This document shows, one piece after another, positions 51,965-60,710 of a stretch of DNA of 64,000 nt (the stretch's first letter is position 1; each line of letters starts with the position of its first letter). The stretch lies in assembly GCA_963827655.1 (NCBI GenBank), contig CAWHCF010000051.1, forward strand, positions 1 through 64,000, written 5' to 3'. Origin of the DNA: an uncultured Acidobacteriota bacterium (lineage in GTDB: Bacteria > Acidobacteriota > UBA6911). The notes beneath the pieces were generated by a model. That model had not been told where the DNA came from. It worked only from the letters and a program-made list of their open reading frames with translations, and ran no database searches. The position numbers and the translations under genes were made by a program.

Positions 51965-53386
51965 TTATTCTTCCGGTGGAGCCGCAGCTGTCGCGGTGAC
52001 GTCCGTGGGTGGTCCGCGGCGGGAATCCGGGCGGCGCTCACGATCCTGGTTCTTCCGGTCCATTTCCTTGAGCTCCTTCCGTTCCTTTTCCGTCAGCTGC
52101 CGCAGTTCCAGGTCTCTCTTCACATCGAAATAGACCTGACCGTCGATCAGGACCTTTTGCGCAACAGCGTAGACACTCAGGGGATGCCGGTTATAGATCA
52201 CCAGGTCCGCATCCTTGCCCGGATCAATCGAACCGACGCGCTGGTCGACGCGCAGTTGCTTCGCTGGATTCAGTGTAACGAGCGCCAGCGCTTCCTGCTC
52301 GCTGAGCCCGCCGTATTTCATGCACTTTGCCGCCTCCTGATTCAGGTGGCGGGCCTCTTCCGCGCTGTCGGAGTTGATCGATACCAGGACCCCTTTGCGC
52401 GTCATGATGGCCGCGTTGTGGGGTATGGCGTCATAAGCCTCGACCTTGTAGGCCCACCAGTCGGAGAAGGTCGACGCGCCGGCGCCGTGGGCGGCGATCT
52501 CCCTGGCGACCTTGTAGCCTTCAAGCACGTGCTGGAAAGTGGCGATCTTGAAACCAAACTCGTCCGCCAGGCGAATGAGCATCAGAATCTCGTCGGCGCG
52601 GTAGCCGTGAGAGTGCACCAGCCGCTCGCCGCGCAAGACCTCGGCCAGCGCTTCCAGCTTCAAGTCTCTGCGCGGAGGTATGGCAGTCCGCTCTCCGCCG
52701 GCGGCGCGTTTCTTGTAGTCGTCCCATCTCTGCATGTACGTCCGCGCCTCAATAAAGGCTTCGCGGATCACGTCCTCGACCCCCATGCGCGTCTGGGGAT
52801 ACCGGCCCGGCGTCGTGCTCGGCCCGGCGCTGCGGGAGCGCTTCGGGTTCTCGCCCAGAGCGAACTTTATTCCCGGTTGGGCGCCTTCAAAAATGAGCCC
52901 TTTTGCGTCCTTCCCCCAGCGCAGCTTGATCAGCTGGTTGCGGCCGCCGATCGGGTTCGCGCTGCCGTGAAGAATATTGGAGGAGGTGACTCCCCCCGCC
53001 AGGTCGCGATAGATGTTGATGTCGGTTGAATCAATGACATCCTCGACACCGACCATGGCCGTCACTGCCAGGCTCCCTTCGTTCACGCCGCCGGCGGTCG
53101 CGATATGCGAATGGCAGTCGATAATTCCGGGCATTACATACTGCCCGGAGCCGTCGATGACGGTTGCCCCGGCCGGGGCTTTCACCTCGGGCCCGACCTC
53201 GGCGATCTTGCCGTCGCGGATGAGTATCGACCCCTTGGGAATGGTGCCGTGGGACACGGTCAGAATCGTCGCGTCCTTGATCAACGTCAGGCCGGCGCTT
53301 GAAGCGGCTGACTGGGGATCGAATGCCAGCAGATACGAGGCGCACGCGATGAGTATCAAGGCTGCGGTCAAAACATTTCTCTTCAT
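51965..53386 (-). CDS. Secreted amidohydrolase-family protein
   Basis: [49 protein letters not shown]. Confidence 0.92.
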   Translation of the reverse strand: MKRNVLTAALILIACASYLLAFDPQSAASSAGLTLIKDATILTVSHGTIPKGSILIRDGKIAEVGPEVKAPAGATVIDGSGQYVMPGIIDCHSHIATAGGVNEGSLAVTAMVGVEDVIDSTDINIYRDLAGGVTSSNILHGSANPIGGRNQLIKLRWGKDAKGLIFEGAQPGIKFALGENPKRSRSAGPSTTPGRYPQTRMGVEDVIREAFIEARTYMQRWDDYKKRAAGGERTAIPPRRDLKLEALAEVLRGERLVHSHGYRADEILMLIRLADEFGFKIATFQHVLEGYKVAREIAAHGAGASTFSDWWAYKVEAYDAIPHNAAIMTRKGVLVSINSDSAEEARHLNQEAAKCMKYGGLSEQEALALVTLNPAKQLRVDQRVGSIDPGKDADLVIYNRHPLSVYAVAQKVLIDGQVYFDVKRDLELRQLTEKERKELKEMDRKNQDRERRPDSRRGPPTDVTATAAAPPEE

Positions 53387-53416
53387 GATCTACGGCCTTT
53401 CTGGTGGTGCCGGCAT

Positions 53417-53449
53417 AGAAGCCAGGAGTCAGAAGTCAGAAGCCAGAAT
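53417..53449 (+). repeat. AGAAGTC-type heptamer arm (family E), downstream of the four-helix-bundle gene
   Basis: AGAAGCC AGGAGTC AGAAGTC AGAAGCC AGAAT; contains the gene's stop codon. Confidence 0.9.
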
Positions 53450-53809
53450 CGCCTTTGCATATGCATTCAGCAGGCGGCTGACTTCCTCCAGGAGATTCAT
53501 CCTTCCTTCTTGAGGTCTACCGTAACCTAGGTCGTGTGCCAGCATCAGGTAGTAGCGGCTCTCTTCAAGCGAACCCTCGGCAATGTTCATGAATCGCGCT
53601 TTGTCGGCCTTGCCTCGCCGCTTGAAACCTTCTGCAACGTTCGCCGGTATGGACACGGCGGCCTTTCGCATTTGCTGCACCAGGCCATAGATCTCGCGCT
53701 GCGGGAACGATTCCGTGTAACGATACACTTCGAGCACAAATTCATGAGCTTTCTGCCATACCAGTAGATCGCGGAAGGTCTTTGCGCTTGGCCGCTGTGC
53801 TTGCATCAT
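53429..53809 (-). CDS. Four-helix-bundle protein (23S rRNA-IVP-like / TIGR02436-type family)
   Basis: FRDLLVWQKA, FP..EIYGL..QMRKAAVSIPANVAEG, FMNIAEGSLEE, DLGY motifs. Confidence 0.92.
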   Translation of the reverse strand: MMQAQRPSAKTFRDLLVWQKAHEFVLEVYRYTESFPQREIYGLVQQMRKAAVSIPANVAEGFKRRGKADKARFMNIAEGSLEESRYYLMLAHDLGYGRPQEGRMNLLEEVSRLLNAYAKAILASDF

Positions 53810-53853
53810 ATTACTCCATCTCGTGATGTTATCCTTTCAGGTAGTGCGACCCC

Positions 53854-53889
53854 CTTCTTGCTCCTGACTCCTGACTTCTTGCTTCTGAC
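53854..53889 (-). repeat. Family E heptamer arm, upstream of the four-helix-bundle gene, inverted relative to 53417-53449
   Basis: Minus strand reads GTC AGAAGCA AGAAGTC AGGAGTC AGGAGCA AGAAG. Confidence 0.9.
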
Positions 53890-53924
53890 GTGAACAAAAT
53901 TCTTCGTAAGCTCGGGCCAACGGT

Positions 53925-55289
53925 CTAGAAGAGTCCGGCTCGGGCTTTTCCGCTGAGGGAGGAGCTTCCCTCGCAGCGGGAAGATTCCGGCTCAGGAATG
54001 TCGAATTTTGCCCCGTCGATGAAAACATGCTTCACGCGCGTACGCGAATCGAAGAGGTCGCCGGTGGCAACTACCAGATTCGCGGTCTTTCCCTTTTCGA
54101 GACTGCCGAACCGGTCGGCAACGCCGAAAATCTCGGCCGGCGTCAAGGTAAGAGCGCGCAGGGCGATATCCTTGTCCAGACCGGCTTCGATGCTTCTGCT
54201 GATATTGCGCATGAAGTCGCGCGGATTTGTCATGTCCCCCGACTGGAAAGCGAATTGAACTCCGGCCCGGGCCAGGGCTGCTGCGGTGCCTGGCGCTGCC
54301 ACTCTGCGACGCAGCACCTGCAGCTCCTCTTCGGCCGCCGGGTCTGCTTCGCGGTCTCTTTCCGGAAACTTGACTGACAAAAGCACCGGTACCTTGTTTT
54401 CCTTGAGCAGGGCGGCGGCCGTGGCAGCCTCCAGACCTCCATTGAGAATCATCTGGAGCTTGAAGGAATCTGCCAGGTTGATGGAACGCTCGATTTGCGC
54501 CGGCGTGTCACCCGGGAGCACGACCGGCATCTGCCTTTTGAGCGCCGGCTGAAGAGCCTCGAGCGCCCGGTCATATTCAGGCCGCTCCGCGCCGCGATTC
54601 GCGTTGTAGATTCCCCACGCCCTTTCGTAGTGCTGGGCATCCAGGAGCTTCTGTTTTACAAACGCAAGAACTCCCATCAAGGAACTCGGGTAACTTCCTC
54701 CGAAGCCCCCGCTGGTCTGCAATCCGATGTGCATCGCGACCGGTGACTTGACCACCATCTGGCCCGCTCTGATTCCCGATAGATTGATCAGCGCGCTTTG
54801 CCCCGGGAACAGACCTCGCCGCGGCGCCACGAGCGCGATGGTGATTCCTGAGGCGCGCGAGGCCTCGATCTTCCTGTTTGCCAGATTGATGATGTCGGCC
54901 GCGCTCACGTGCGGGGTCAGTGGCTGGCGCTCTTCCGGCGTGGCGGCGGGCGATTGCTGCGCCGGGACACCGGGACGGGCTCCAGGCGTTGTTCCCGCCG
55001 GCGGGCGCGGTTCTTCGAGTGTTGCATCGGACAAGCTGTCGATCAGCCCGGGATAAATCGTCAGACCCGTGGCATCGATAATACGGGCATCACCGGGCAA
55101 GGACACGCTCTCTCCGAGCGCTTCGATGATTCCGCCGCGGATCAGGATGGTCCCCTTCTCGATCGGCGCTGTCGAAACCGGGATCAGCCGCGCGTTGGTA
55201 AGGGCATAGACGGGCGGCTCGCCGGTCCGGACGCCGGGCGCCGCTGCCAGAACGAGCCCGATCAGGGCAATGATTCGAAACGACGTCAT
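53925..55289 (-). CDS. Secreted amidohydrolase-family protein (metal ligands look degenerate)
   Basis: YPGLIDSLS, YPSSLMG, ALTLTPA, GSLEKGKTANLV; signal peptide; GGAGG RBS. Confidence 0.87.
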   Translation of the reverse strand: MTSFRIIALIGLVLAAAPGVRTGEPPVYALTNARLIPVSTAPIEKGTILIRGGIIEALGESVSLPGDARIIDATGLTIYPGLIDSLSDATLEEPRPPAGTTPGARPGVPAQQSPAATPEERQPLTPHVSAADIINLANRKIEASRASGITIALVAPRRGLFPGQSALINLSGIRAGQMVVKSPVAMHIGLQTSGGFGGSYPSSLMGVLAFVKQKLLDAQHYERAWGIYNANRGAERPEYDRALEALQPALKRQMPVVLPGDTPAQIERSINLADSFKLQMILNGGLEAATAAALLKENKVPVLLSVKFPERDREADPAAEEELQVLRRRVAAPGTAAALARAGVQFAFQSGDMTNPRDFMRNISRSIEAGLDKDIALRALTLTPAEIFGVADRFGSLEKGKTANLVVATGDLFDSRTRVKHVFIDGAKFDIPEPESSRCEGSSSLSGKARAGLF

Positions 55290-55306
55290 CCAGATCCTCC
55301 TGTTGC

Positions 55307-55370
55307 GTCTTCGTGGTTAGAGTGTCGAACAAATACCACGAAGACACAAAGACACGAAGAAACGCCAAGA
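55307..55370 (+). repeat. Family C REP-like element
   Basis: GTCTTCGTGGT/ACCACGAAGAC 11 bp stem plus 8-nt units. Confidence 0.85.
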
Positions 55371-55373
55371 ATA

Positions 55374-56048
55374 TTACCGTACGTCGGCGCGGCGCAGGAG
55401 CACGTAGATCGCGCCCACGCCCCCATCCTTGGCTGGAGCTGAAGCATAGGCGACGACGTGGCGTGCCAGTCGACGGGTTGAAAGCCAGCGCTGGAGACTG
55501 TCCTTCAGTACTGCCTTATCGTTCGAATTGATGCCACGGCCATGTATGATTTTGACGCAGCACTCCTGGAAGCGCGCCATGTTCAGAATGAAACCTTCGA
55601 CCAGCTGCCGGGCTTCGGTCCGGCTCAGGCCGTGGAGATCGATCTGTCCCTGGATTGAATAAAGCCCGCTTCGCAAATGAGGAAGAAATCGCTTGCCGGC
55701 CGGATCGACCCAACCCTCGATGTATTCGGGATGATCGAGCATGGAGGCGAGAGAATCATCTGCGATGGCGGCCTGCATCAAGCGCAGATCCTCGAGTTCC
55801 TGGCTGCCGTTCGATTCAGGCGAAGGGAAAGGCGACGGAATCGGGGCGTGGCGCCAGCTTGAGCGTACCACCCCTTGCATGGCGTGGGAGAAGAGAGTTT
55901 CTTCCGAGTCGTCGGACTGACGTTCCACCGGCGGCGGCTCGCGGTTTTCGGAACTGTTGAGCCTCAACCCGGCGCGCTCCAGCACGACATCCAGATGCTG
56001 AAAGGGATTATGACCGGCCTGGGACCTCTCTTTGCTCCGCTTGGACAT
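55374..56048 (-). CDS. Smr/MutS2 C-terminal domain protein
   Basis: IDLHGL, KIIHGRG, VLK, DGGVGAIYVLL. Confidence 0.9.
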   Translation of the reverse strand: MSKRSKERSQAGHNPFQHLDVVLERAGLRLNSSENREPPPVERQSDDSEETLFSHAMQGVVRSSWRHAPIPSPFPSPESNGSQELEDLRLMQAAIADDSLASMLDHPEYIEGWVDPAGKRFLPHLRSGLYSIQGQIDLHGLSRTEARQLVEGFILNMARFQECCVKIIHGRGINSNDKAVLKDSLQRWLSTRRLARHVVAYASAPAKDGGVGAIYVLLRRADVR

Positions 56049-56097
56049 TCCGTGACCAGGAAGACACGAAGACCTCAATAAACACGGCCTCGCGCGG

Positions 56098-57223
56098 CTA
56101 CTGAATGATGTAGTCCCGGGCAACCACGTCCCAATAGGTCTCGTTCTTGCCGGCTGTCTCGTTGGCGAGAAAGGTCTGAATCGAGTGCATGACGGTCGTC
56201 ATGTAGTAACCGGGCATTTGGGCCGGATGCGGCTGCCACATGTTTGCATAGGCCCGGATGATGAACGCCTCTCTGGCAAGCGGCAGCGACCGGACATTAC
56301 CGACATAAGGGGGCCAGCGCTCGCTGCGAAACAGATAGAACTCGACGTTAGAGGCGTACATGCACTTGACCTCGAGCCCGCGCAGCCGCAGCTCTCTCGC
56401 GACAGCCTGAAAAGCGTGAGCCCCTCCGAAGTCTCCGACCAGAGGAAGAATCCTGTTCTCGTGATGGAGTTTCTTGATTACGCGGAATCTCTCTTCCTGA
56501 GCGAGATAGTTCGTCTGCTGACCCGATGGGTCCTTTTCTTCGAGCAGGGCGCGATATGAAGGATGATGAGGTCGAGGCGATCGGTGATAGCTGGTAAATT
56601 TGAGGTCCGGTCCACCCTCCATGAATGCCTGAGCAATATAATCAATCGCCCGGAGATCCTCGTTGGTCAGGCCGATAATCCACGATTGGAGAAGCCGGAT
56701 CGCCTCCTGTTTTTTCCGGGTTGCGAAAGTCTCATCATAGGTGGCCCGATCGACCCTGCGCAGAAGGTCGCCTATCCTGGCGCTCTGGGGGTCACTGACA
56801 TCATGCGCAATCGCTCGTCCGAAGAGCCGTTCCAGATAAGCGACGCGGTTGGGGCTGAGCTCGAACAAAGCCTTATAGTACAAATGCTGCAGCGCATTCT
56901 GGCGCCGGATATCGATTATGATTGCCAGCCGGGGGTGGACATCCGCGATGTAAGAGTAATTCTGGTCCGGGCCGACGCCAATGTAGACGCCTCCGCGCAC
57001 ACCGAGACGCCTTAACGCGGGTAAAACCCGCAGGTAGGCCGCCTCGTTCGAGACGAAGTTGTCGCTATCGAAGTAACCCTCGGGCTCGGAAAGGGAAGTC
57101 AGAAGTTGACCGAACTCCTTCAGCCCGATGGCGGAGTCAAGCGTTCGGACGGGCCGTCGGTGGGGAAAAAGGGCTGCAGGCGACCAGAATCAAGAGGATC
57201 TGGGATATACCGCGCAACGGCAT
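56098..57223 (-). CDS. Secreted hypothetical protein, frameshift near 57160-57170
   Basis: Frame extends upstream of 57000 as LSEPEGYFDSDNFVSNE...GGVYIGVGPDQNYSYIA; signal-like N-terminus from ATG 57223 in the adjacent frame. Confidence 0.65.
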
Positions 57224-57300
57224 GGGTTTATCGTAGTGGAAATTCCGCGCATAATCAATGACACCCCCGTCTATTCGGCAGAGTGCCCGGAACTTGCGCT

Positions 57301-57333
57301 AGCCTTGACTTTTAACCAAGGCTTGTGTAACTT
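57301..57333 (+). promoter_or_regulatory. Sigma70-type promoter overlapped by an inverted-repeat operator
   Basis: TTGACT-17 nt-TAACTT; AGCCTTG-N9-CAAGGCT palindrome over the -35. Confidence 0.55.
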
Positions 57334-57395
57334 ATCTTTTTTATTCCTGCGGATTGAACACCCCTGGAAAAGACGTAGCTTGGAAAGGAGATTCA

Positions 57396-57716
57396 ATGCT
57401 TACCATGACCCCTACCGCCGTCGACAAGGTTAAATCTATCCTCGCCGAGCGAGGTGAGGAAGCCGGCCTCCGCATTTCAGTAATCGGGGGTGGATGCTCG
57501 GGTTTTCAGTATCAGATGACGCTCGACAAGCAACCCAATCCCGATGACCAGATCATCGAACAAGACGGCCTCAGAGTCTTCGTCGACACCCGTTCGTTGC
57601 TGTACCTCAATGGAACTCGAGTCGATTATGTTGATGGATTGACCGGCTCCGGCTTTAAATTCGAGAATCCGAACTCGAAGGGTTCCTGCGGTTGCGGAGA
57701 GTCCTTCTACGCCTGA
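57396..57716 (+). CDS. A-type Fe-S cluster carrier (IscA/ErpA/HesB)
   Basis: GGGCSGFQY, FENPN, CGCGESF; AAGGAG RBS. Confidence 0.95.
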   Translation: MLTMTPTAVDKVKSILAERGEEAGLRISVIGGGCSGFQYQMTLDKQPNPDDQIIEQDGLRVFVDTRSLLYLNGTRVDYVDGLTGSGFKFENPNSKGSCGCGESFYA

Positions 57717-57745
57717 TCCGATTTGTCTCACACGGTCTCATCATG

Positions 57746-57781
57746 AACGCGGGCCAAATTACCGGCCCGCGTTTTTCTTTT
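57746..57781 (+). terminator. Rho-independent terminator
   Basis: AACGCGGGCC/GGCCCGCGTT 10 bp stem followed by a T-rich tract. Confidence 0.85.
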
Positions 57782-57868
57782 ATCGCGGCACACCGGAGGT
57801 TCCGGGCTTCCTTGCGATAAAGATTGATCCCACATAGCGAGCTCGACTCCTTTGGCAGGAGAGCTCAA

Positions 57869-58246
57869 GTGTTTCCTAGATATCGGGAAAACCGGATTAC
57901 CCTCCGCGGTGTGAAGCTACGGCCACGGCTCGGTGTAACTCCGGGCGAAAGACGCCAGCCGCAGTGGTGTGAAGCGGACATCACGATCTGGGGAGACTTC
58001 GAGGCTGCCGCGTCAACCGACTCGCTCGACCGGGCGGTCGACTACAGCAAGGTCTTGTCCACGATTCTGGAGACGGCTCATTCCCGGGAATACTACTTGC
58101 TCGAGGCTCTCGCACATTGCATTGCCAGAGAAGTGTTGCAGGCGTTTCCGGCGCGCCGGGTTGGAGTTCGAGTTCGCAAGCGGCCTGCTTCACTAAAGGA
58201 GAAACTTGACCACGTCGAGGTCGAGGTCGAGGTCGAACAGTCGTGA
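57869..58246 (+). CDS. folB: Dihydroneopterin aldolase
   Basis: GVTPGER..Q, TDSLDRAVDYS, LLEALA, VRVRK; GTG start with AGGAG RBS. Confidence 0.85.
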   Translation: MFPRYRENRITLRGVKLRPRLGVTPGERRQPQWCEADITIWGDFEAAASTDSLDRAVDYSKVLSTILETAHSREYYLLEALAHCIAREVLQAFPARRVGVRVRKRPASLKEKLDHVEVEVEVEQS

Positions 58247-58367
58247 CGCGGCGGTGACCTCTTGGTGCTTTCGCTTCGAGGTGGTAACTTTGTCCTGACG
58301 CAGGTGAACGAGCGTCGCCAACCGAAGAAAGCGGCGGGACACCCGCTGGGCGGGTTTCGGGCCTTAC

Positions 58368-58685
58368 ATGAACGACGACTTTCCCCAGGCGGAATTGAAG
58401 CTGGTCCCTCTATCGATCGAAAGCACGGAGTGCCGTGTCCCGGAGAATCTCACCCTGCTCCAATGCTTCCAGTATCTGAAGACTTATCCGATCATGATGG
58501 GTGGGTTTTGCTGGAATGCAGACTGCCGTACTTGCGAAGTCGTCGTCCGAAACGGTTCCGAACCCGAACGGACCGTGCTTTCATGCCAGACCAGGGTCGC
58601 TCCCGGAATGACCGTCCTGAAAATGACCGACAAGCTTCGATTCTGTCTGAGGGAGCTTTTGTCGGTTCGCTCCTCAAGCGCGTAA
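58368..58685 (+). CDS. Small 2Fe-2S ferredoxin-like protein
   Basis: VPENLTLL, FCWNADCRTC...LSCQT.V..GM (CX4CX2C...C). Confidence 0.75.
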   Translation: MNDDFPQAELKLVPLSIESTECRVPENLTLLQCFQYLKTYPIMMGGFCWNADCRTCEVVVRNGSEPERTVLSCQTRVAPGMTVLKMTDKLRFCLRELLSVRSSSA

Positions 58686-58699
58686 CCCAAAGTGCTCCT

Positions 58700-58760
58700 G
58701 GTGTTTCTTCGTGTCTTGGCGTCCTGGTGGTATTGTTTCGCAGCGCTAACCACGAAGACA
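58700..58760 (-). repeat. Family C REP-like element, inverted copy of 8660-8721
   Basis: Reverse complement reads TGTCTTCGTGGTTAGCGCTGCGAAACAATACCACCAGGACGCCAAGACACGAAGAAACAC. Confidence 0.85.
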
Positions 58761-58868
58761 CACCACCAATATGTTAAATGGAATCCGGAGCGGAGATCTT
58801 CTATACTGAGCCCTTATCGTCAGCCCCGACAGTGACGGTGGCGACAAGAAAGGGACGAGGCAGCGCAG

Positions 58869-59342
58869 ATGTCCAATACACAGGGTGAAGGGCCGGGATT
58901 CTTCACATCGAAACTGGAACGGGCGGTCGGTTGGGCCCGCAAGTATTCGATCTTTCAGTACCCATTCGTCACGGCATGCTGCGGTATGGAGTACATGGCG
59001 GCAGCATCCGGGCATTATGACATTGACCGTTTTGGCGCGGGGTTGCCCCGATTTTCGCCGAGGCAGGCGGATGTGCTCTTTGTGGTCGGAACCATCAGTC
59101 ACAAGATCGCTCCCGTCCTCAAGCGCATCTACGATCAGATGTGCGAACCCAAGTGGGTAGTGGCATTTGGCGTGTGTACCTGTACGGGCGGATTTTACGA
59201 CAATTACGCCACGGTGCAGGGAATCGACACCATCATCCCGGTCGACATTTACATACCCGGTTGCCCGCCTCGACCGGAGGCGGTTCTGGATGGGCTGATG
59301 AAGCTCCAGACCAAGATCGAGAATCAACAACAGGCACTATAG
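58869..59342 (+). CDS. nuoB: NADH-quinone oxidoreductase subunit B
   Basis: TACCGME, SPRQAD, YDQMCEPKWV, PVDIYIPGCPPRPE. Confidence 0.93.
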   Translation: MSNTQGEGPGFFTSKLERAVGWARKYSIFQYPFVTACCGMEYMAAASGHYDIDRFGAGLPRFSPRQADVLFVVGTISHKIAPVLKRIYDQMCEPKWVVAFGVCTCTGGFYDNYATVQGIDTIIPVDIYIPGCPPRPEAVLDGLMKLQTKIENQQQAL

Positions 59343-59350
59343 CGAAGATC

Positions 59351-60691
59351 ATGGATATGGCCGTTTCCAGCCGGGAAAGCAAGAGCATGCTGCTCAACGT
59401 GGGACCTTCTCATCCCGCGATGCATGGCGTCATCCGGCTGGTCACCGAACTGGAAGGGGAGACGGTCGTCAAGGTTGAGGCTGAAATCGGCTATCTTCAT
59501 CGCGCCTTCGAGAAGAGCTGTGAAAACTCTACCTGGACTCAGGCTATTCCGTACACCGACCGGCTCAATTATGTCTCGCCGTTGATCAACAACTTCGGGT
59601 ATTGCGGCGCGGTCGAAAAGCTCCTGGGAGTTCAGGTGACTGAGCGCTGCCAGTACATTCGCGTCCTCATGAGTGAGGTGTCCCGGATAACCGATCACCT
59701 GACCTGCATTGCCGCCTCGGCAATGGAACTGGGTGCCATGACGGCTTTCCTTTACTTCATGAAAGCGCGGGAGGCGCTCTACGAAATTGTTGAAGAGGTG
59801 ACCGGGGCCCGCTTGACGATTTCGTACGGCCGCGTGGGCGGAGTGAAAGCCGATCTGCCCGAGGGTTTCGACCGGAAGCTCGAAGGAGCCCTCCGGGCAG
59901 TGGAAAAGGAGATGGTCGAGGTGGACAAGCTCCTGACGCGCAATCGAATATTTTACGACCGCATGCGCGACGTGGGGGTTCTGACTCAAGAGGATGCCTT
60001 GAGCTATGGAATCACGGGACCGATGTTGCGCGCCTCCGGCATCAACTACGACGTGCGCAAGACTTTCCCGTACTTCGTCTACGATCGGATGGATTTTGAG
60101 GTCCCGCTGGGGGAACGCGGCGACAACTACGATCGATACCTGGTCCGCATGGAAGAGATGCGGCAGAGCCTGCGTATCATCCGAAAAGCTATGAAGGACA
60201 TGCCGGGCGGGCCGATTAACGTCGATGCGCAGGGGAAAGTGATCGAGTCGTTCGACCTGGTGGACCAGGCCAAGATGGGAAAGACTGCCGGACTGGTGAA
60301 TATCACTACCTCCGTGGAACCAACCCTGGACGGGACGCAACGGGTTTTTCATGAGCGGATCTTGCCTGATGAGAAACGAGTGGTTCTTCCGCCCAAGGAA
60401 GATACCTATGGGAACATCGAGGGCCTGATGAACCATTTCAAGATCATCATGGATTACCATGGCATCCGGCCGCCGGCGGGGGACACCTACTTCGCCGTGG
60501 AGGGGGCCAACGGGGAACTGGGGTTCTATGTGGTGAGCGATGGAAGCGACCGTCCCTATCGTGTCCGCGCGCGCGCGCCTTGCTTCTTTGCCATGGCCGG
60601 TCTGCACAAGATGCTGGAAGGATACATGATCGCAGACATCGTCCCGACATTTGGTTCGATCAACATGATCGCTGGAGAACTGGACCGATAG
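59351..60691 (+). CDS. nuoD: NADH-quinone oxidoreductase subunit D
   Basis: GPSHPAMHGV, IGYLHR, TDRLNY, GPMLRASG, EGANGELG, GELDR; no NiFe-binding CxxC pairs. Confidence 0.93.
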   Translation: MDMAVSSRESKSMLLNVGPSHPAMHGVIRLVTELEGETVVKVEAEIGYLHRAFEKSCENSTWTQAIPYTDRLNYVSPLINNFGYCGAVEKLLGVQVTERCQYIRVLMSEVSRITDHLTCIAASAMELGAMTAFLYFMKAREALYEIVEEVTGARLTISYGRVGGVKADLPEGFDRKLEGALRAVEKEMVEVDKLLTRNRIFYDRMRDVGVLTQEDALSYGITGPMLRASGINYDVRKTFPYFVYDRMDFEVPLGERGDNYDRYLVRMEEMRQSLRIIRKAMKDMPGGPINVDAQGKVIESFDLVDQAKMGKTAGLVNITTSVEPTLDGTQRVFHERILPDEKRVVLPPKEDTYGNIEGLMNHFKIIMDYHGIRPPAGDTYFAVEGANGELGFYVVSDGSDRPYRVRARAPCFFAMAGLHKMLEGYMIADIVPTFGSINMIAGELDR

Positions 60692-60710
60692 AAACCGGAC
60701 CGGGTGACGA

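Noticed and set aside
53429-53809. Four-helix-bundle gene as the Avd of a diversity-generating retroelement or as an rRNA intervening sequence
   Set aside because: No reverse transcriptase, TR/VR pair or rRNA gene was seen in the window.
1915-57223. About 14 frameshifted genes as pseudogenes or programmed frameshifts
   Set aside because: The breaks are single-base, scattered over unrelated genes including gdhA, several are at short homopolymers, and I noticed no accompanying decay. Sequencing indels are the simplest explanation; read polishing would decide.
58214-58237. (GTCGAG)n run at the folB 3' end as another arm family
   Set aside because: It encodes VEVEVEVE, close to the normal FolB terminal strand, and has no convincing inverted partner.
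58869-60691. NuoB/NuoD pair as a group 4 [NiFe]-hydrogenase
   Set aside because: The large subunit lacks both CxxC nickel-binding motifs and has the complex I-type HPAMHG, DRLNY and GELDR sequences.
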